From contig CM052818.1 in the NCBI GenBank assembly GCA_028534125.1, positions 13,828,001-13,892,000 of the forward strand: DNA of 64,000 nt, read 5' to 3'. The translations under genes and the position numbers were made by a program. This stretch comes from Lama glama (taxonomy: Eukaryota). Shown one piece after another: positions 38,306 through 51,075 of the stretch. The notes under the pieces are model-generated. The model had not been told where the DNA came from. It saw nothing but the letters and a program-made list of their open reading frames with translations, and did not search any database. The first letter of the stretch is position 1; every line of letters begins with the position of its first letter.

Positions 38306-38508
38306 AGGTTGGTAAACTACAGACAGCTCAGCAGGCCAGATCCAGCCTGCAGCCTGTTTTGGTACAGCTCCGAAACAAAGAACAACTTTTACATTTTGAA
38401 AGGTGGTTTAGGAAAAACAAAAAGAAGAATGTGATCTAGATTGCATGCAACCTACAAAGCCTAAAGTATCTATTCTGGTCCTTTACAGAAAGAATTTACT
38501 GATCTCCC
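38306..38508. mobile_element. MER58-type hAT MITE
   Basis: ggttggtaaactac...ggccagatccagcctgcagcctgttttggt...tctggtcctttacagaaagaattt. Confidence 0.7.
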
Positions 38509-39036
38509 TTTTAAAGGTCAGTGGACCTTGTTCTAAAGGTATAATAGTAGAAAGAAAGAAAAGGCTATCATTTGGGTTTTTTAAAAAAAACAAAAATTTA
38601 TCATTAATAACTGAAGACTACATAACTATGAATAATTTACCACAACTGCAGAAATCTCATAACTAAAATTTTCATCTAAGCGTGTATCTCTCAGTTATCC
38701 GACAATAGATTGATAGATTGCTATGTCTCATACTAGATTGATTAATTCACTTGATCTGATTTTTCTTTAGTTTTCCTGTTAAATTTTAGAATTATTGAAT
38801 TCTCTAGGTTAATCAAAACTAGATTGGTAATTTTCTGTTTTGTTTTTTAAACATTTTCTAATTAAAAACTTGTCATCTAGTTTTTACAGACTAGAAACTG
38901 ATTCTTGGTAAGTTTAGTCACTGGCAAAAGAATCTTACATTTTCTAAGTATGTCTGAATGTGATTTACAGCGTTTTCACATTGTATAAATCACAGTGGAA
39001 ACTATTAAGAGAATCTAACGTGATTTCTAATTATAG

Positions 39037-39223
39037 GTTGAATCATACATATAATCAGCTTTTAAAAGAGACTGAAGTTTTACAAACTGACCATAAAAAC
39101 TTGAAAAGTCTTCTAAATAATTCCAAACTGGAACAAACAAGATTAGAAGCTGAATTTTCAAAGTTAAAGGAGCAATACCAGCAGCTGGACATCACATCCA
39201 CCAAGCTAAATAACCAGTGTGAG
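39037..39223 (+). CDS. CCDC88A: CCDC88A exon (~22): LNHTYNQLLKETEVLQTDHKNLKSLLNNSKLEQTRLEAEFSKLKEQYQQLDITSTKLNNQCE
   Basis: ctaattatag acceptor; GAG|gtaagc donor; 187 nt. Confidence 0.95.
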
Positions 39224-39459
39224 GTAAGCTTTAACAAGGTTAGTCGCTGTTCGCTGCCTTTAGGCATCATTGCCTAAAAAGTAAATAATCAGATTATAAT
39301 GACAATAGCAGTGTATGTTTAGTATTTCTAAAAGAATTGGTCAGGGATAATTGAAATTCACAAGTAATTCAGAAAAACTTTCTTTATGATTAATTTCAAC
39401 TTTTACTATCAGTTTAAACTTATATGTTCAGATACTTTGAAAATTTTTATCCTTGTTTA

Positions 39460-40480
39460 ATGAAAAAAAAGTTTACTGACCACCTGGCATGCATTGATAA
39501 ACCAAAAAGGTAAAAACTTCATCCCTTGTGGAACTTATATTCTGGTGGAAAGAAACAGACAATAAACATAACAAGTAAGTTTCAGTGTTTTGTTACATAT
39601 GGCTGTATAGCAGTTTACCCCAAACATAGTGGTATAAAATAACCACTTATGCTCACAGATTTTGTTGTTCAGAATTTGAACAGGGACAGTGGGGCCAGTT
39701 TATTTCTGCTCCGCTTCCAGATGGGCCCTTAGCTGGAAGATTGAAAGGCTAAGTGCATGTTTGGTGGCTGATGCTGGCTGTCAGCTGTAGGCCATCAGTT
39801 TTCTCTTCACGTAGTCTCTCCCCATAGACTGATTTGGGTTTTCTCACAATATGGTGAGAACCAAACAGAAGCCATTTCTACTCTAATGATCAAGCCTCAG
39901 AAGTCATACAGCATCATTTCCCCTGCATTCTACTCATTGAGCAAGTCAAAGTCCCATCCAGGTTCAAGGAAAAGAGAAATAGATTCAGTCTCTTGATGGA
40001 GAATGGCATGATTCTGGAAGGCTACATGGACTGCAAATACGGTTGTAACCATTTTGAAAATTAGTCTGCAGCATATGGTATGTTAAAATATAAGTTATAT
40101 ACAAGTAAAAATGGAGTAGGGTAAAGGGGAATAAGGACTGCTAGGGTGGGTGAGAGAGTGTAGATTGAAACTGTAACTAGACATGATTGAAAAAAGATTT
40201 GAAGGAGATTAGTGTATTATTATGTGGATATCTGGGGAAAGAATATTCCAGGCCACCAGCTGATGCAGTGACCATAAGGCCAGGGGAATCCTGGTGTGTT
40301 TGAGGAACACTCAAGGAAGCTAGTGTGCCTGGAGTGGAATGAGAAGGGGGGAGTAGCAGGAGATGCACTCAGAGATAAGCCTGTGCCAGATGTGTTGCCT
40401 TATAGACCATTGTAAAGCACTTTTCTGAATAAAACAGGGGAGCCATTAGAGGGTTTTGAACAGAAATGACATCTGCCTTA
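39460..40480 (-). mobile_element. L2 fragment interrupted by an MLT1 solo LTR (about 39585-40072)
   Basis: L2 text (gtggaacttatattctggtgg; tgtgtttgaggaacactcaaggaagctagtgtg) flanks MaLR text (ttaccccaaacatagtggtataaaataacc; cctcagaagtcatacagcatcatttcc). Confidence 0.7.
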
Positions 40481-40889
40481 TGTGTGCAGTTTTATTCTTA
40501 ACATTATTCCATGCCTTCCTCCATGATTATTTGATGCAGTGGTAAAAGTTTTGAAGTATAAAAAGGATCCTGAAAGCCTTAAATAATCCTTAAATTTTGT
40601 GATTGGTCCCTAAATCATTAAAGTTTGAATATAGCTTAACATTTCTTGGAACTTTTAGGAAACCAGCACTTAAGCAAACCCTTAAGTAGAATTAGGAATA
40701 GACTATAAGAAAAGTAATATTTAAAAGCTTTTTGTCTGAAATTATAAACCAACATAAAGGAAAATTAGTTTGAAATCATATATATTTAATTACCCAACAA
40801 AGTTCAGAAAGTATAGAACATTCATTCTGCCTGTGATTTATAATAAGTCTAAATAAAATATAATTGAATTAATGGATTACAAAATGGTA

Positions 40890-41686
40890 CGTTGAGGAAC
40901 ATGACAGATCAACTCCAGAAATAATAAGATTGGACAAAACTATCAAAAATAACAATTTTAGGACTCTGGAATTCAAGCAAAGACATACAACAAATTGAGA
41001 AGCATTTATTAAAGAAAAACTACTCAACTTTGGTTAGGACTGTGGTTGTCTGAGACATTTTATCATGTGACTTCTCCCATTCTTAGTCCCTCCCCTTTTT
41101 CCAATACCTGGTAGTTCAGGTGAGGGGCAAGCCATGAAAACCAGCAACTCTGCTACTGGAGGGGACTGGCTTGATTGCAGCAAAGAACAGAAGAGTCCCA
41201 CACCCAGGAAGGTTGTCAAAGGCCAACTCTCAGATACCTGAGGTTGGAATATTGGATGGGGCAAGTAACATACCAGCAAACTAGTCAGAAATTTAACTGG
41301 GAGATCTGAAGAATGAGACAGCCAGCCATAATGAATCTTGATAAGGCCCTTCATGTTGCTGGTAGTCTAAAGGCTACTCAGAAGAGATCAGAAAGGGCCC
41401 TAGCTACCTACTTATCCCAGGCTAATTCTCCTAACTTGAGTCAAATGCTAACTTTTGGCTAAGGGCGAAGTCATTATGATTTGAAGGGAGTGTAAAAATG
41501 AATCCACAGTGTAGGAGGTTGAAATAGTAGTTAATCTTTGTAGGGATGGGTGGTAGTTGGAAGAGAGCATGACAAGTGTTTCTGGAATACAAATGTGCTG
41601 TTTCTTGATCTGGATGCTGGTTTCACACATGTTCACTTTGTGATAATTGAGCTGTATATACACTTAAAATTTGTTTTCTGTGTATA
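40890..41686 (+). mobile_element. Old L1 fragments (5' region and 3' end)
   Basis: ggacaaaactatcaaaaataacaattttaggactctggaa; gttcactttgtgataattgagctgtatatacactta. Confidence 0.5.
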
Positions 41687-42179
41687 TGTTTTATCAGTTG
41701 TCTGTTGACATAGTAATGCTATGTAACAATCATAGAACCTCAGTGGTAAGGGACAGTAAACATATATTTTTGCTCATGAGTCTATGAGTTGGCTGAGCAG
41801 ATGTGCTGATCTGCATTGATGTGTAGGCCAAGATTAGCTGATCTTAGTAGGGCTTGCTCCTGTGTCTGCAACTAGCCAGTACATACCCTGAGAGCTGACT
41901 GGACTAGGGTGACCCCAACTGGTATAATTTCTCTGTGCCCTGTGGTCTCTCATTCTCCAGTAGGATTCCAAGAGACTGAGTGCACCACATAAGCCTTTTG
42001 AGGCCTAGACTTGGAACTATCACACCATCACTTCCACCTCCTTCTCTTGGCCAAAGGTGTACCAAATTCAAGAGGGGAAGTAGATTCCACTTCTTGATAG
42101 GAAAAGTGAGAAGTCACAGCACAAGAGAATATAGGGAGGAAAACTATATTCAGGGTTTTTTTGCAGTGGATCTACCACA
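41687..42179 (-). mobile_element. MLT1 (MaLR) solo LTR
   Basis: tgtaacaatcatagaacctcagtgg...tttgaggcctagacttggaact...agattccacttcttgatagg...atctaccaca. Confidence 0.7.
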
Positions 42180-42699
42180 TACGTTATATTTCAATTTAAC
42201 AATATATAGATAAAACAAATATAGCACAGTATTTACAGTTGTTAGATCTAGATGGCTGTTTATGGATATTAATACCTGCTTTTTTCTACCTTCTGAGAAT
42301 TTTTGAAATTTGGGGGGGTGATGAAGGAGAGGAGAAGGGGTTGTTACTGGCATTTTTTAAAAATACAGATCTCTGGGCTCTACTTCAGACCTGCTGAATT
42401 CAAATGCTAGAACCCAGGCATCTACATTTTAAAAATGTATTCTACAAGTGATGCTAAATTTTGAGAATTAAAATTTTGGGCTTTCTGAGTTCTGCTGGAA
42501 CCTCTGGTTCTAAGGCATCCTTCTAAGTTCTGCTGACTGCAGAGAAGAAGCAGCTCAATGATGCTAGCAGCCCAGCTACCAGTAATAATCAGTAGTAATA
42601 CCACCCATTGATAAGATTACTTGACTCCCTTGGATCAAGCCATAAAAATTATACATAAACATTAAAGGTTCCTTGAAAACAGTGGTTGGGGGAAGAATG

Positions 42700-42910
42700 A
42701 GGTCTATGAAGTACCTACTGTGTGCCATAGATAAGACACCAGGTACTTTACATATATTATTTAATCCTTGCAACAGTCTTGGCGGGAGTGGGAGTTGTTA
42801 TCCTCAATTTGTAGATGGGGCCATTAAAGCTCAAAGAATTACTAACTTGTTTAGCATTTCATAGCTTGCTTAAACAGAAGTCCAGAGATACGAATCTAGC
42901 TTTGGGCTCT
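42700..42910 (-). mobile_element. MIR
   Basis: cctactgtgtgcca...tttaatccttgcaacagtc...tatcctcaatttgtagatgggg. Confidence 0.65.
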
Positions 42911-43195
42911 AAGTTAAAGTTTTGAAGAAAGAAGTGTTTTTGGAACTAGATAATTTATTATGTGTTAAACCCAATGTCTGTGAGAATTAAGAAAATATAT
43001 ATGTCCAGCACATAATCCAGTACTTTAGCTGTCATTATTACTAAATAATCACTCATGTTCTAATCAAAGTAAAACTATCTAATTGTTCAAATAGCAGAAG
43101 ACTTAAGTCTTTGTGAAGTTAAGTTGCTAAGTCTTGGTGAAAATGTTAAATGTAAATGTTGATATTTTAAAAAATAAATGTTTGTGTTTAAACAG

Positions 43196-43341
43196 TTGCT
43201 AAGCCAACTTAAAGGAAATTTAGAAGAAGAAAATCGACATCTACTAGATCAAATTCAGACACTAATGCTACAGAACAGAACACTATTGGAGCAGAATATG
43301 GAAAGCAAGGATCTTTTTCATGTTGAACAAAGACAGTACAT
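43196..43341 (+). CDS. CCDC88A: CCDC88A exon (~23): [48 protein letters not shown](I)
   Basis: gtttaaacag acceptor; CAT|gtaggt donor; 146 nt. Confidence 0.94.
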
Positions 43342-43459
43342 GTAGGTACCAAATAATTTTGCACTCCAAAATATCAGTCATGATTTTATCATTGCCGTAT
43401 CTGGTGGCAGAGTAAACAATGCTAATTTTTCTTAATTTTTGGCATTATTATTTCAAATT

Positions 43460-44200
43460 ACATTTTTTGAATGCTTATATTCTGGGCATAATAACCAGAA
43501 ATACTAACATGAAAACACATGAGTCCTGCTCTTAATAAACTATTAATATAAGCAAGAAATACAAATATTTGCTATAATAGAGGTATGTATAGGAAGCCAT
43601 AGAAATACAGCAAATAGAGGGGAAGGAGTATCTTAGTCTGCAAAAGAAGGTAGACTTCCTAAAGACGGAAACTTGAGCTGAGAGTTAAAGGTTCAGTAGG
43701 AGTTCACCTGAGGAGTCACACGAGGCCAAGAGAGGAGCAAATGCAAAAATATGGGCATATGATGAAAGTGTATTATTATTATAATATAAGGTCTAAAAAT
43801 TAATTCTTCTTGTTAGAGCAAAATTGAGGAAGAAGGAGTAGCAGAGAAGTGGCTAAACACTCAGGGGTCACTTTACAAAGGTTTTTCTATGCCATACAAG
43901 GATAGCTGAAAAATTTGAGCAGGGAGAAATGTGATCGGATTTGTTGTTGGGTTTTTTTTTTTTGTTTTTTTTTTAACACTGATGACATTAGAGTATACAT
44001 TGGAGACTAGAGACAAGGAATAAGTTTTAAAAAGGTTGTTGCAATACTCTAGTGAAACTAATTCAGAAGCAGTGGTAGCTGAGATCAAATACAAGAGAAA
44101 TGTGAGAGATAGAATTGACAGGGCTTAATTGTTAGTAAATTGTATCTTTGTTGAGAGTGGAGGAATCTGGTAAAATAAGAGGTTTTGGCCTGGGCAGCTC
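43460..44200 (-). mobile_element. L2 fragment
   Basis: ttgagctgagagttaaagg; tttgagcagggagaaatgtgatcggattt; ggttttggcctgggcagctcagtggatg. Confidence 0.6.
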
Positions 44201-44279
44201 AGTGGATGACCTTTTATTATACTATGATTCACCTTTACTAAATTCTTCTCTTCCTCTTGTTGCCTAAATGAGAAGCTCT

Positions 44280-44470
44280 GTCGTATAATAGAAAGAGCAC
44301 ACATGTTGAAGTCAGACAGCTCTTAGCTTAAATCCCAATTCTTCCAATCACTAGTTATATGACTGTAGGTGAGTTACCTCATTTCTTTGATCTTTGGTTT
44401 CTTTTTCTCTAAAACAGAGATATAACACCTACTTCCAGGACTATCCTAAGGAGTAAATGAAATAATATGT
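44280..44470 (+). mobile_element. MIR
   Basis: gaagtcagacagctc...ctagttatatgactgtaggtgagttacct...aggagtaaatgaaataatatgtg. Confidence 0.7.
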
Positions 44471-44984
44471 GACTTTCAAACATGTACATAATGGTGAACC
44501 CCACGGCACATACGAAACCAGGATACACCATACATTTTTTTGAAGTATCAATTTTATTATAAAACCTGGGGCAGGGAACATTATTTTTATATTAATACAC
44601 AGGAATATCATGATATACCTGTGCAGAAGGTAAAGTTTGCATGAACTTTTAAGGTAAATGTAAAGCTTCAGAGAAGTTTCACATTTGTGGCTGGCCAGTT
44701 TGGATCTTCAGTCCTTTCCATGACTACTTGTATGCCTTTACTCTCTGCCATAAGAGGTATTTTAGCTTAAGAAGCAGTGAGTGTTCCTAAAGCTCTTGGC
44801 ATTTGAGTTTCCTGCTCTTTAAGCAGAGGCATTATCCAGCACTTTATCATGTTAATATTCTGACCCTTGATGAATAATCCATTTCCAAGGTTTCAGTGAT
44901 TGTATCTATACCATTGGCTTATAAATATTAGTATCTATTCTGACTTTTTGTGTTTAAATTTAGAATACCAATTTTATGTGTCAG

Positions 44985-45111
44985 ACTCATTTCTAGCTGA
45001 ATGCCTCTGTCACATGGTCCTAGCAGGAGTGACAGTGAATGGGTGGTACTGAGAATTTGGTGGTCCCTGATGATATTTAGAGGCCATGTGCTATTTGCAC
45101 TGTGATATAAC
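44985..45111 (+). pseudogene. Degraded intragenic duplicate of exon ~27 and its flanks (pseudo-exon)
   Basis: Three collinear blocks match 50903-50931, 51098-51162 (59/66 columns) and 51284-51314 (27/31). Confidence 0.85.
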
Positions 45112-46245
45112 TAATAGCAACCTCTAATCACAAAGCATCTTCTTCCGTAGAAACTCTCAGATCAGTTCCTCCTGTTTCCCGGTACCCTAATTTCTCTCTC
45201 CCATGAACTATACTACCCCATTAGCCTCCTGAATGTTTTCTTTGCCCCATCCTTTCTGATATATCCTATTTCATTATTGAGTTAAGGTATTAAACATAGA
45301 TTTCATGTCACTTTGTAATGAAACCTTCAGTATTTCTGCTGTTCAGCAAAATCTAAACCTGAAACTTCACTACTTCCTCTCAGCTAAACTGTTTAATTTA
45401 GCATTCTTATTTTTTCTTTTCAGTCTATCTAATATGGCCTTTTTCTTCAGGAGACTTTCTTTGGTCATCCAAGATAGAAATATTTTTCCTTTTATAAGTT
45501 CCTATGATACTTCCACAGTACTTTTATTTTGGCATCCCTACTATCTTGGATTATAATAGTCATTTATGTATATATCTTCTCTCTCCTACCGTACTCTAAA
45601 CAGCTGGGCTACTTCTTACTCATCTTTATATACACCTCATGCACTCCTCATTGTAAATGATCACTAAATGTTTAATAAATAGTATTCTTTAGGATCACAG
45701 TGTTTTTAGATCATTTTACTTTTGTCTGTGGTCTTTGATGTTTCCCTATGTAATACATACTGTTAACAATATAAAAATGAAACTAACATGTAGTCAAGCT
45801 TAGTATATTCATGCATTGCTGGAGACAGGAAATTCTCTACAAATAAATTAAGCCTACATAATTCTACCATAAAGGAAAAAATCTGTTTGCAGGAAGATGT
45901 GGTTGCAAGATTATTTATTGTTTCTGTAATTATAAACAAACTATCCAGCAATTTAATATCTTGCCTATATAAATTATAATAAATCACTATTCCAAAAAAT
46001 GATTTGAGATACCAAAGATCCAAGAATAGGGGACTTGTCAGTGTTGAATATAATGTTTAATAGCTGAAAAAGATGTTGAGGGAATTCTTTTGTCATGATG
46101 AGATTGTAATATGGAAAATTTTCTTCAAACAAATAAATCCTGTTGGAGAATTGAAACTTAGATCATAGTCCCCAAATAATTTAATATCATTCATAACTGT
46201 ATAAAATATGTTGCATGTCCTAAAATGTAATTTTTATTTTTATAG

Positions 46246-46338
46246 TGATAAGTTAAATGAATTAAGACGACAAAAGGAGAAATTAGAAGAGAAAATTATG
46301 GATCAATACAAATTTTATGACCCATCTCCTCCTAGAAG
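46246..46338 (+). CDS. CCDC88A: CCDC88A exon (~24): [30 protein letters not shown](R)
   Basis: tttttatag acceptor; AAG|gtacta donor; 93 nt. Confidence 0.94.
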
Positions 46339-46455
46339 GTACTATTTAACTTTTTTTGTTTGTTTTTATTTTGAAAAAAATGAAAAACTTCTGATTTTGA
46401 GAGGGACTTATATGTTGAATTTTAGACTGATAAGAATTTTTAATTATTTTATTAG

Positions 46456-46670
46456 GAGAGGCAACTGGATTACTCTAAAAATGAGAAAATTGATAAAATC
46501 TAAGAAAGATATTAATCGGGAACGTCAGAAATCTCTAACACTAACACCAACCCGCTCAGACTCCAGTGAAGGATTTCTTCAGCTTCCCCATCAAGATAGT
46601 CAAGATAGTTCTTCAGTAGGTTCAAACTCTTTAGAAGATGGCCAGACTCTGGGGACCAAGAAAAGCAGCA
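46456..46670 (+). CDS. CCDC88A: CCDC88A exon (~25): [39 protein letters not shown]...GTKKSS; contains the Akt site RERQKS (Ser codon 46532-46534)
   Basis: ttttattag acceptor; GCA|gtgagt donor; 215 nt; RxRxxS motif. Confidence 0.94.
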
Positions 46671-49600
46671 GTGAGTGCTTAAACTCTTTAAACATTTGTG
46701 ATCTCTAGTATTGATTTAGAATCCTTTCTAAAGGTTTCTTTTAAATAACTTCAACAGTTCTTTGGGATAACAGTCTGATGAATGCATTTCTTTTTAACTA
46801 TATATGACTTTAAAATTCACTGCATACTGCAGTACTGCATAACTACATGATTTTCTCTATTTTGTGTTTAGAGAAATACCATACACAGAAGCACCATCAT
46901 TTGGCCAGGGAGGTAAAATAGTATAGAAAGAACAGTGAAATGAGAGCCAGAATACCTCTGCCACTTGCTAGTTCTGTTAATATGGGCAACCTTTTACCTT
47001 TGCATCATACTTCATAAGGCGATTTTGAGGAGCAAATGAGAAATTTTAAGAGCTCATTTTCATAGTTATTTATAACTAAATAGAATAATAAGGCTTTTTA
47101 TAATAAGGTTTTATTCATACTTTGGTGTCAAATTGGAGCAAAGTTACATTGTAGGAAGCAAAGAAAAATAGATATGAATTTGAAGAGAATGTTATTCAAT
47201 TATTTAGAAATAATTGAAGGTTATAAGAGTTATTGAGAGATTGCTTATAAAAGCTTCATTTAAAGTAAAGTAGATGTGGAGATATAAGTCTATGTATAAA
47301 CTTGTGATTTAATTTTTAAATTACAAATGTAGAAGTATCACATCATAACGTGCCCTGTACAATTCATACTCTCTTCATTTCATTACTAGTGTGCTTAGCC
47401 GAATAGCAAGAGCAAAGTAAAAGCCTAAAGAAATGTATTTTAAGAGAAAGAAAAGAATCCAGTGGTAGGCCTTTTGAAGATATCTGAAAAGTTGACTGCT
47501 AGCAATGTTCTTATAAAATATGTAAAGAGGATACTTTGAATCCACTCACACTATCACCAGAGTTACTAAGTTTAAAAATATACATGTATATATTTATATA
47601 TGTATATAAATGTACAACCATATTATATATAATGTATTTCATTACTATTCTTTTGAAGTAAATAGGCAGAAACAGCTACTACCCAGGGTAGATTCTCCAT
47701 ATGGGCAGCTATCAAAACACTTGTTTTGTCTTCAGGAGAATTACCTCTGAAAAGACAGTATTTTAGGATATAAGAGATTAGACCTTCATTATAGGCTTTA
47801 TTTCAGACTGCAACCACAGCACCCTAGAAACTAGAATCCATAAGTAAGCAACCAAAAACATAATACACATAAATGAATACGTATTCATACATACATCCAT
47901 ACATATGTGTCTGTGTATTAGTCTCAAGAGAGTGGTTTAATCTTATATATCCACATAAGATTAGTCTTGTCAGCCAAATCTACATGAAACCTCTGAGTAT
48001 TATAGAGAGATCATCAAGTTTTCCTTAAAAAGGTGCCAGATGATCAATTTTATCTGCTACCTTTAGATATAAAATACCTGACACCTTATTAAATGAGAAA
48101 TGGTAATGGGTATACTTAGTTTTTTTAATTAAAGATATTTCAATTCAGATGTGAGAACATACGTAAGAAAGGCATGACAGTCTTTTCTGAGGTCATCGTG
48201 TTTGTTTTAAATACAAATCTGTCATACCTTCATACTCTATGCTAAACATCCAGAGTAAGAATCAGAAAAAAATGAATAGTCTCCTTTCTAGCAGTTGTTC
48301 AGTCTTAAAATTTTTAAAATAAACACAAAAGCCAGCAATTCTAACAATCCCTTAATTTCAGTATGGTTTGGGAAGAGAACATTGTATATCTACAAACTAA
48401 TTGTCATGAGGATCACATTTCACCACTGACAAATGTGAAACTCAAAAATTCTATCCGTTTTGGAAGAGTGTCTGTCTGTCAGTAAAGCAGTCTATGGAAA
48501 ACAGTTGAAAACAGAAGAAGTATCTAAACAAGACAACATGTGCATGCTGCAACCACTCAGCTTTGTTTTAGCTAAGTGTCCATTTTTACATTGCTTTCAG
48601 TTCATTTCTTTTTAATCATTGAAAACAGCTGTGTTTACCAAGCTAGATAAGAAATAAAAGCTTAAATGAATCATGACTATTCTTATTAGCAATCAGATAA
48701 ATAAGTTAAAAAGCTGTATGTCCATTGCATTCTCCTTAATGAATGATACTTGTCAGTTTATCAAAAGAGCTTTGATTGTTTACAAGATGACAGCAAACTC
48801 TGAGAAAGAGCATAGTTATTAAGGCTGTATATAATATGCTCTTAAGTCTTTATGCAGATTATTTCCCTAGATCCTAAAATGTAGGCCAAAAACATGTAAT
48901 AATTTTTTGTATTAAAATTTTATTAAAATGTAGCTTGAGAATGTTACTGACTCTTGTGAACACCGAATTTTTATGTTCATGACTCCTACTGTAGTTTTAA
49001 CCCTAATTTTCATTTATAAAATTTTCATGCATAGTGCTACCTTTTATTTTTTTAATAAAGTGACCCACAAAGCCCTTCAAAATATCTAAAAATGTTATAA
49101 ATACATATTTTTCTGTCTTTTTTTTTTTTTTTTTGCTTGCTTGCTTGCTTTAGGATACCTCCTTATCTTTTAGGCTTATCAGAGCTTAGTGCTAGCACTT
49201 ATTACTACTATCAAAATACTCTTTTTTTCCTCTTTCTTGCAGTCAACCTTTTGCAAAATGATATTATCATGATTGCTTATGTCATCTCTTGAAAGACTTC
49301 CCTCAGAAGAATATGTATTTCCATGGTGCTGCTAAATAATGCACGAGAATTCAGTTTAAACCAAGAAGTAATTCCCTGTTTTATTTATTAAAGTTCAAGA
49401 AAATAATGAGTTTTTAATGAAGATCATAAAAGTTTTTTTTAGATTGTTTTAAATATCCCCTTGGGCACCCTAGTTTTTTGTTGAGGCATTTTACCCTCTT
49501 ATAGGATGTATATTTTTCTAAATCACTTTTTTTCCAAAATAAAGCCTTATAATTTTAGGAAGTTAAAGAAAACAGAGGATTGAAAAGCCTTCTACATTTT

Positions 49601-49982
49601 CATCATGTATACTCTGTGGTCCACCAAGAGTGGCCCTAATTTTAAAGGTATATCATTACAACTTAATTAGGAAAATTGTTCCTTCTGTAAGTAGTTCTAA
49701 TCAGTTCTTGTATTTATAGGACTTTAGTCATCAAGCTTTTAAAGTATATGTTCCTCATCATTGTCTTCAGTGCTTTTCCAAGTATTTTAAAGTATCAAAG
49801 TACATATTTCATATTTCATTATCACTCAGCAGCACGAGAATTATAGCTTTAGTTTAGCATACATAGCTGAAACTCAGACATTCATTTCTGTCCTTAATTT
49901 CAACATTTAACTCCCATCTGTTCTTCTCCCTTTTTTCTTTCATTTTTCTGTTTCTGTTTTTCCTCATGCTCTGACATTAAAG

Positions 49983-50066
49983 TGGTTGCACTGAAAAGAC
50001 TGCCCTTTTTGAGGAACAGACCGAAGGATAAAGACAAAATGAAGGCCTGCTACCGTCGTTCCATGT
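49983..50066 (+). CDS. CCDC88A: CCDC88A 84-nt symmetric (phase 1-1) cassette exon (~26): (M)VALKRLPFLRNRPKDKDKMKACYRRSM
   Basis: Long pyrimidine tract then ctgacattaaag acceptor; TGT|gtaaga donor; frame-preserving; missed by the ORF track. Confidence 0.9.
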
Positions 50067-51075
50067 GTAAGACTTTATGACAGTTCAGCTTCTTTCAAAT
50101 GACTACACTGGCTTCCATTACTAATTTTTCACTAACCATTCTCTGGACTGCGCCAATTTTCTTATTTTGCAAAGTGCAGTCTTCCTCTAATACAAGGAGC
50201 TGGAAGAATTCTTTTTTTCAAAACTGGCACTGAATTTGCATGATATGTATGTTCACTTATACATATACATGCAGATATTTACTCATACATGTAATATATT
50301 TGTAAATTTCTAGTGCTTTCTAAAAGTTGCCAGAAAAAAAAATCTTTAATTTTATATGTCAGAGATTTTTTCCCAAAGAAATTTACTTAAAGAAAATATA
50401 ACAGAACCTTTAGTATTAGGAATTTATTTCCTCAATGAACTAGGATTAAATAAATAAATAAGTAAATAAATAAATAAAATGGCCTATAACCCTTGAAAAT
50501 GTTTGTCATTTTTTATATAATAATACTTTTTTTTCTTTTTTAAGTGGAATGGGTAATTACATAATCACATTAAATATCTGTCACTTTGGATATCCTCTCT
50601 TTCAGGTTTTTATTGAATGGTATACTTATTTGATTCATAAAATGAATAATTCCTTCAGTAACCTGCTCTGACCAAGGACTCTTTATCATTTTCAATAGTG
50701 ATGCTGTAAAGAACTGCTCTCCATCTTACCTTTATTCATTCCATTTTTGTCACCACCAAACCACATTATGAAGGCTTCTAATTATATTGCACATCACTGC
50801 TCAAAAGCATGGCAGTTGTACAGAGTAAAATTCCTTTTCCTATCTTTAAAGGGGGTGGAGATGGGATAAAAATATTTACCAAAGTTTATCAGCCTTTGGC
50901 CTACTCATTTCATTTAGCTGAATGCATGTCATAATTCAAATGACCTTATGGTTATAGTTTTTAATGTTCACTTGCATTAATCCATAAACAAAAATCAGAT
51001 CATTTATAATTCAAAATGGAAATAAGAGCAGATACATTAACCATGCTGATTCATTTGCTTTCATTTGCATCCCAG

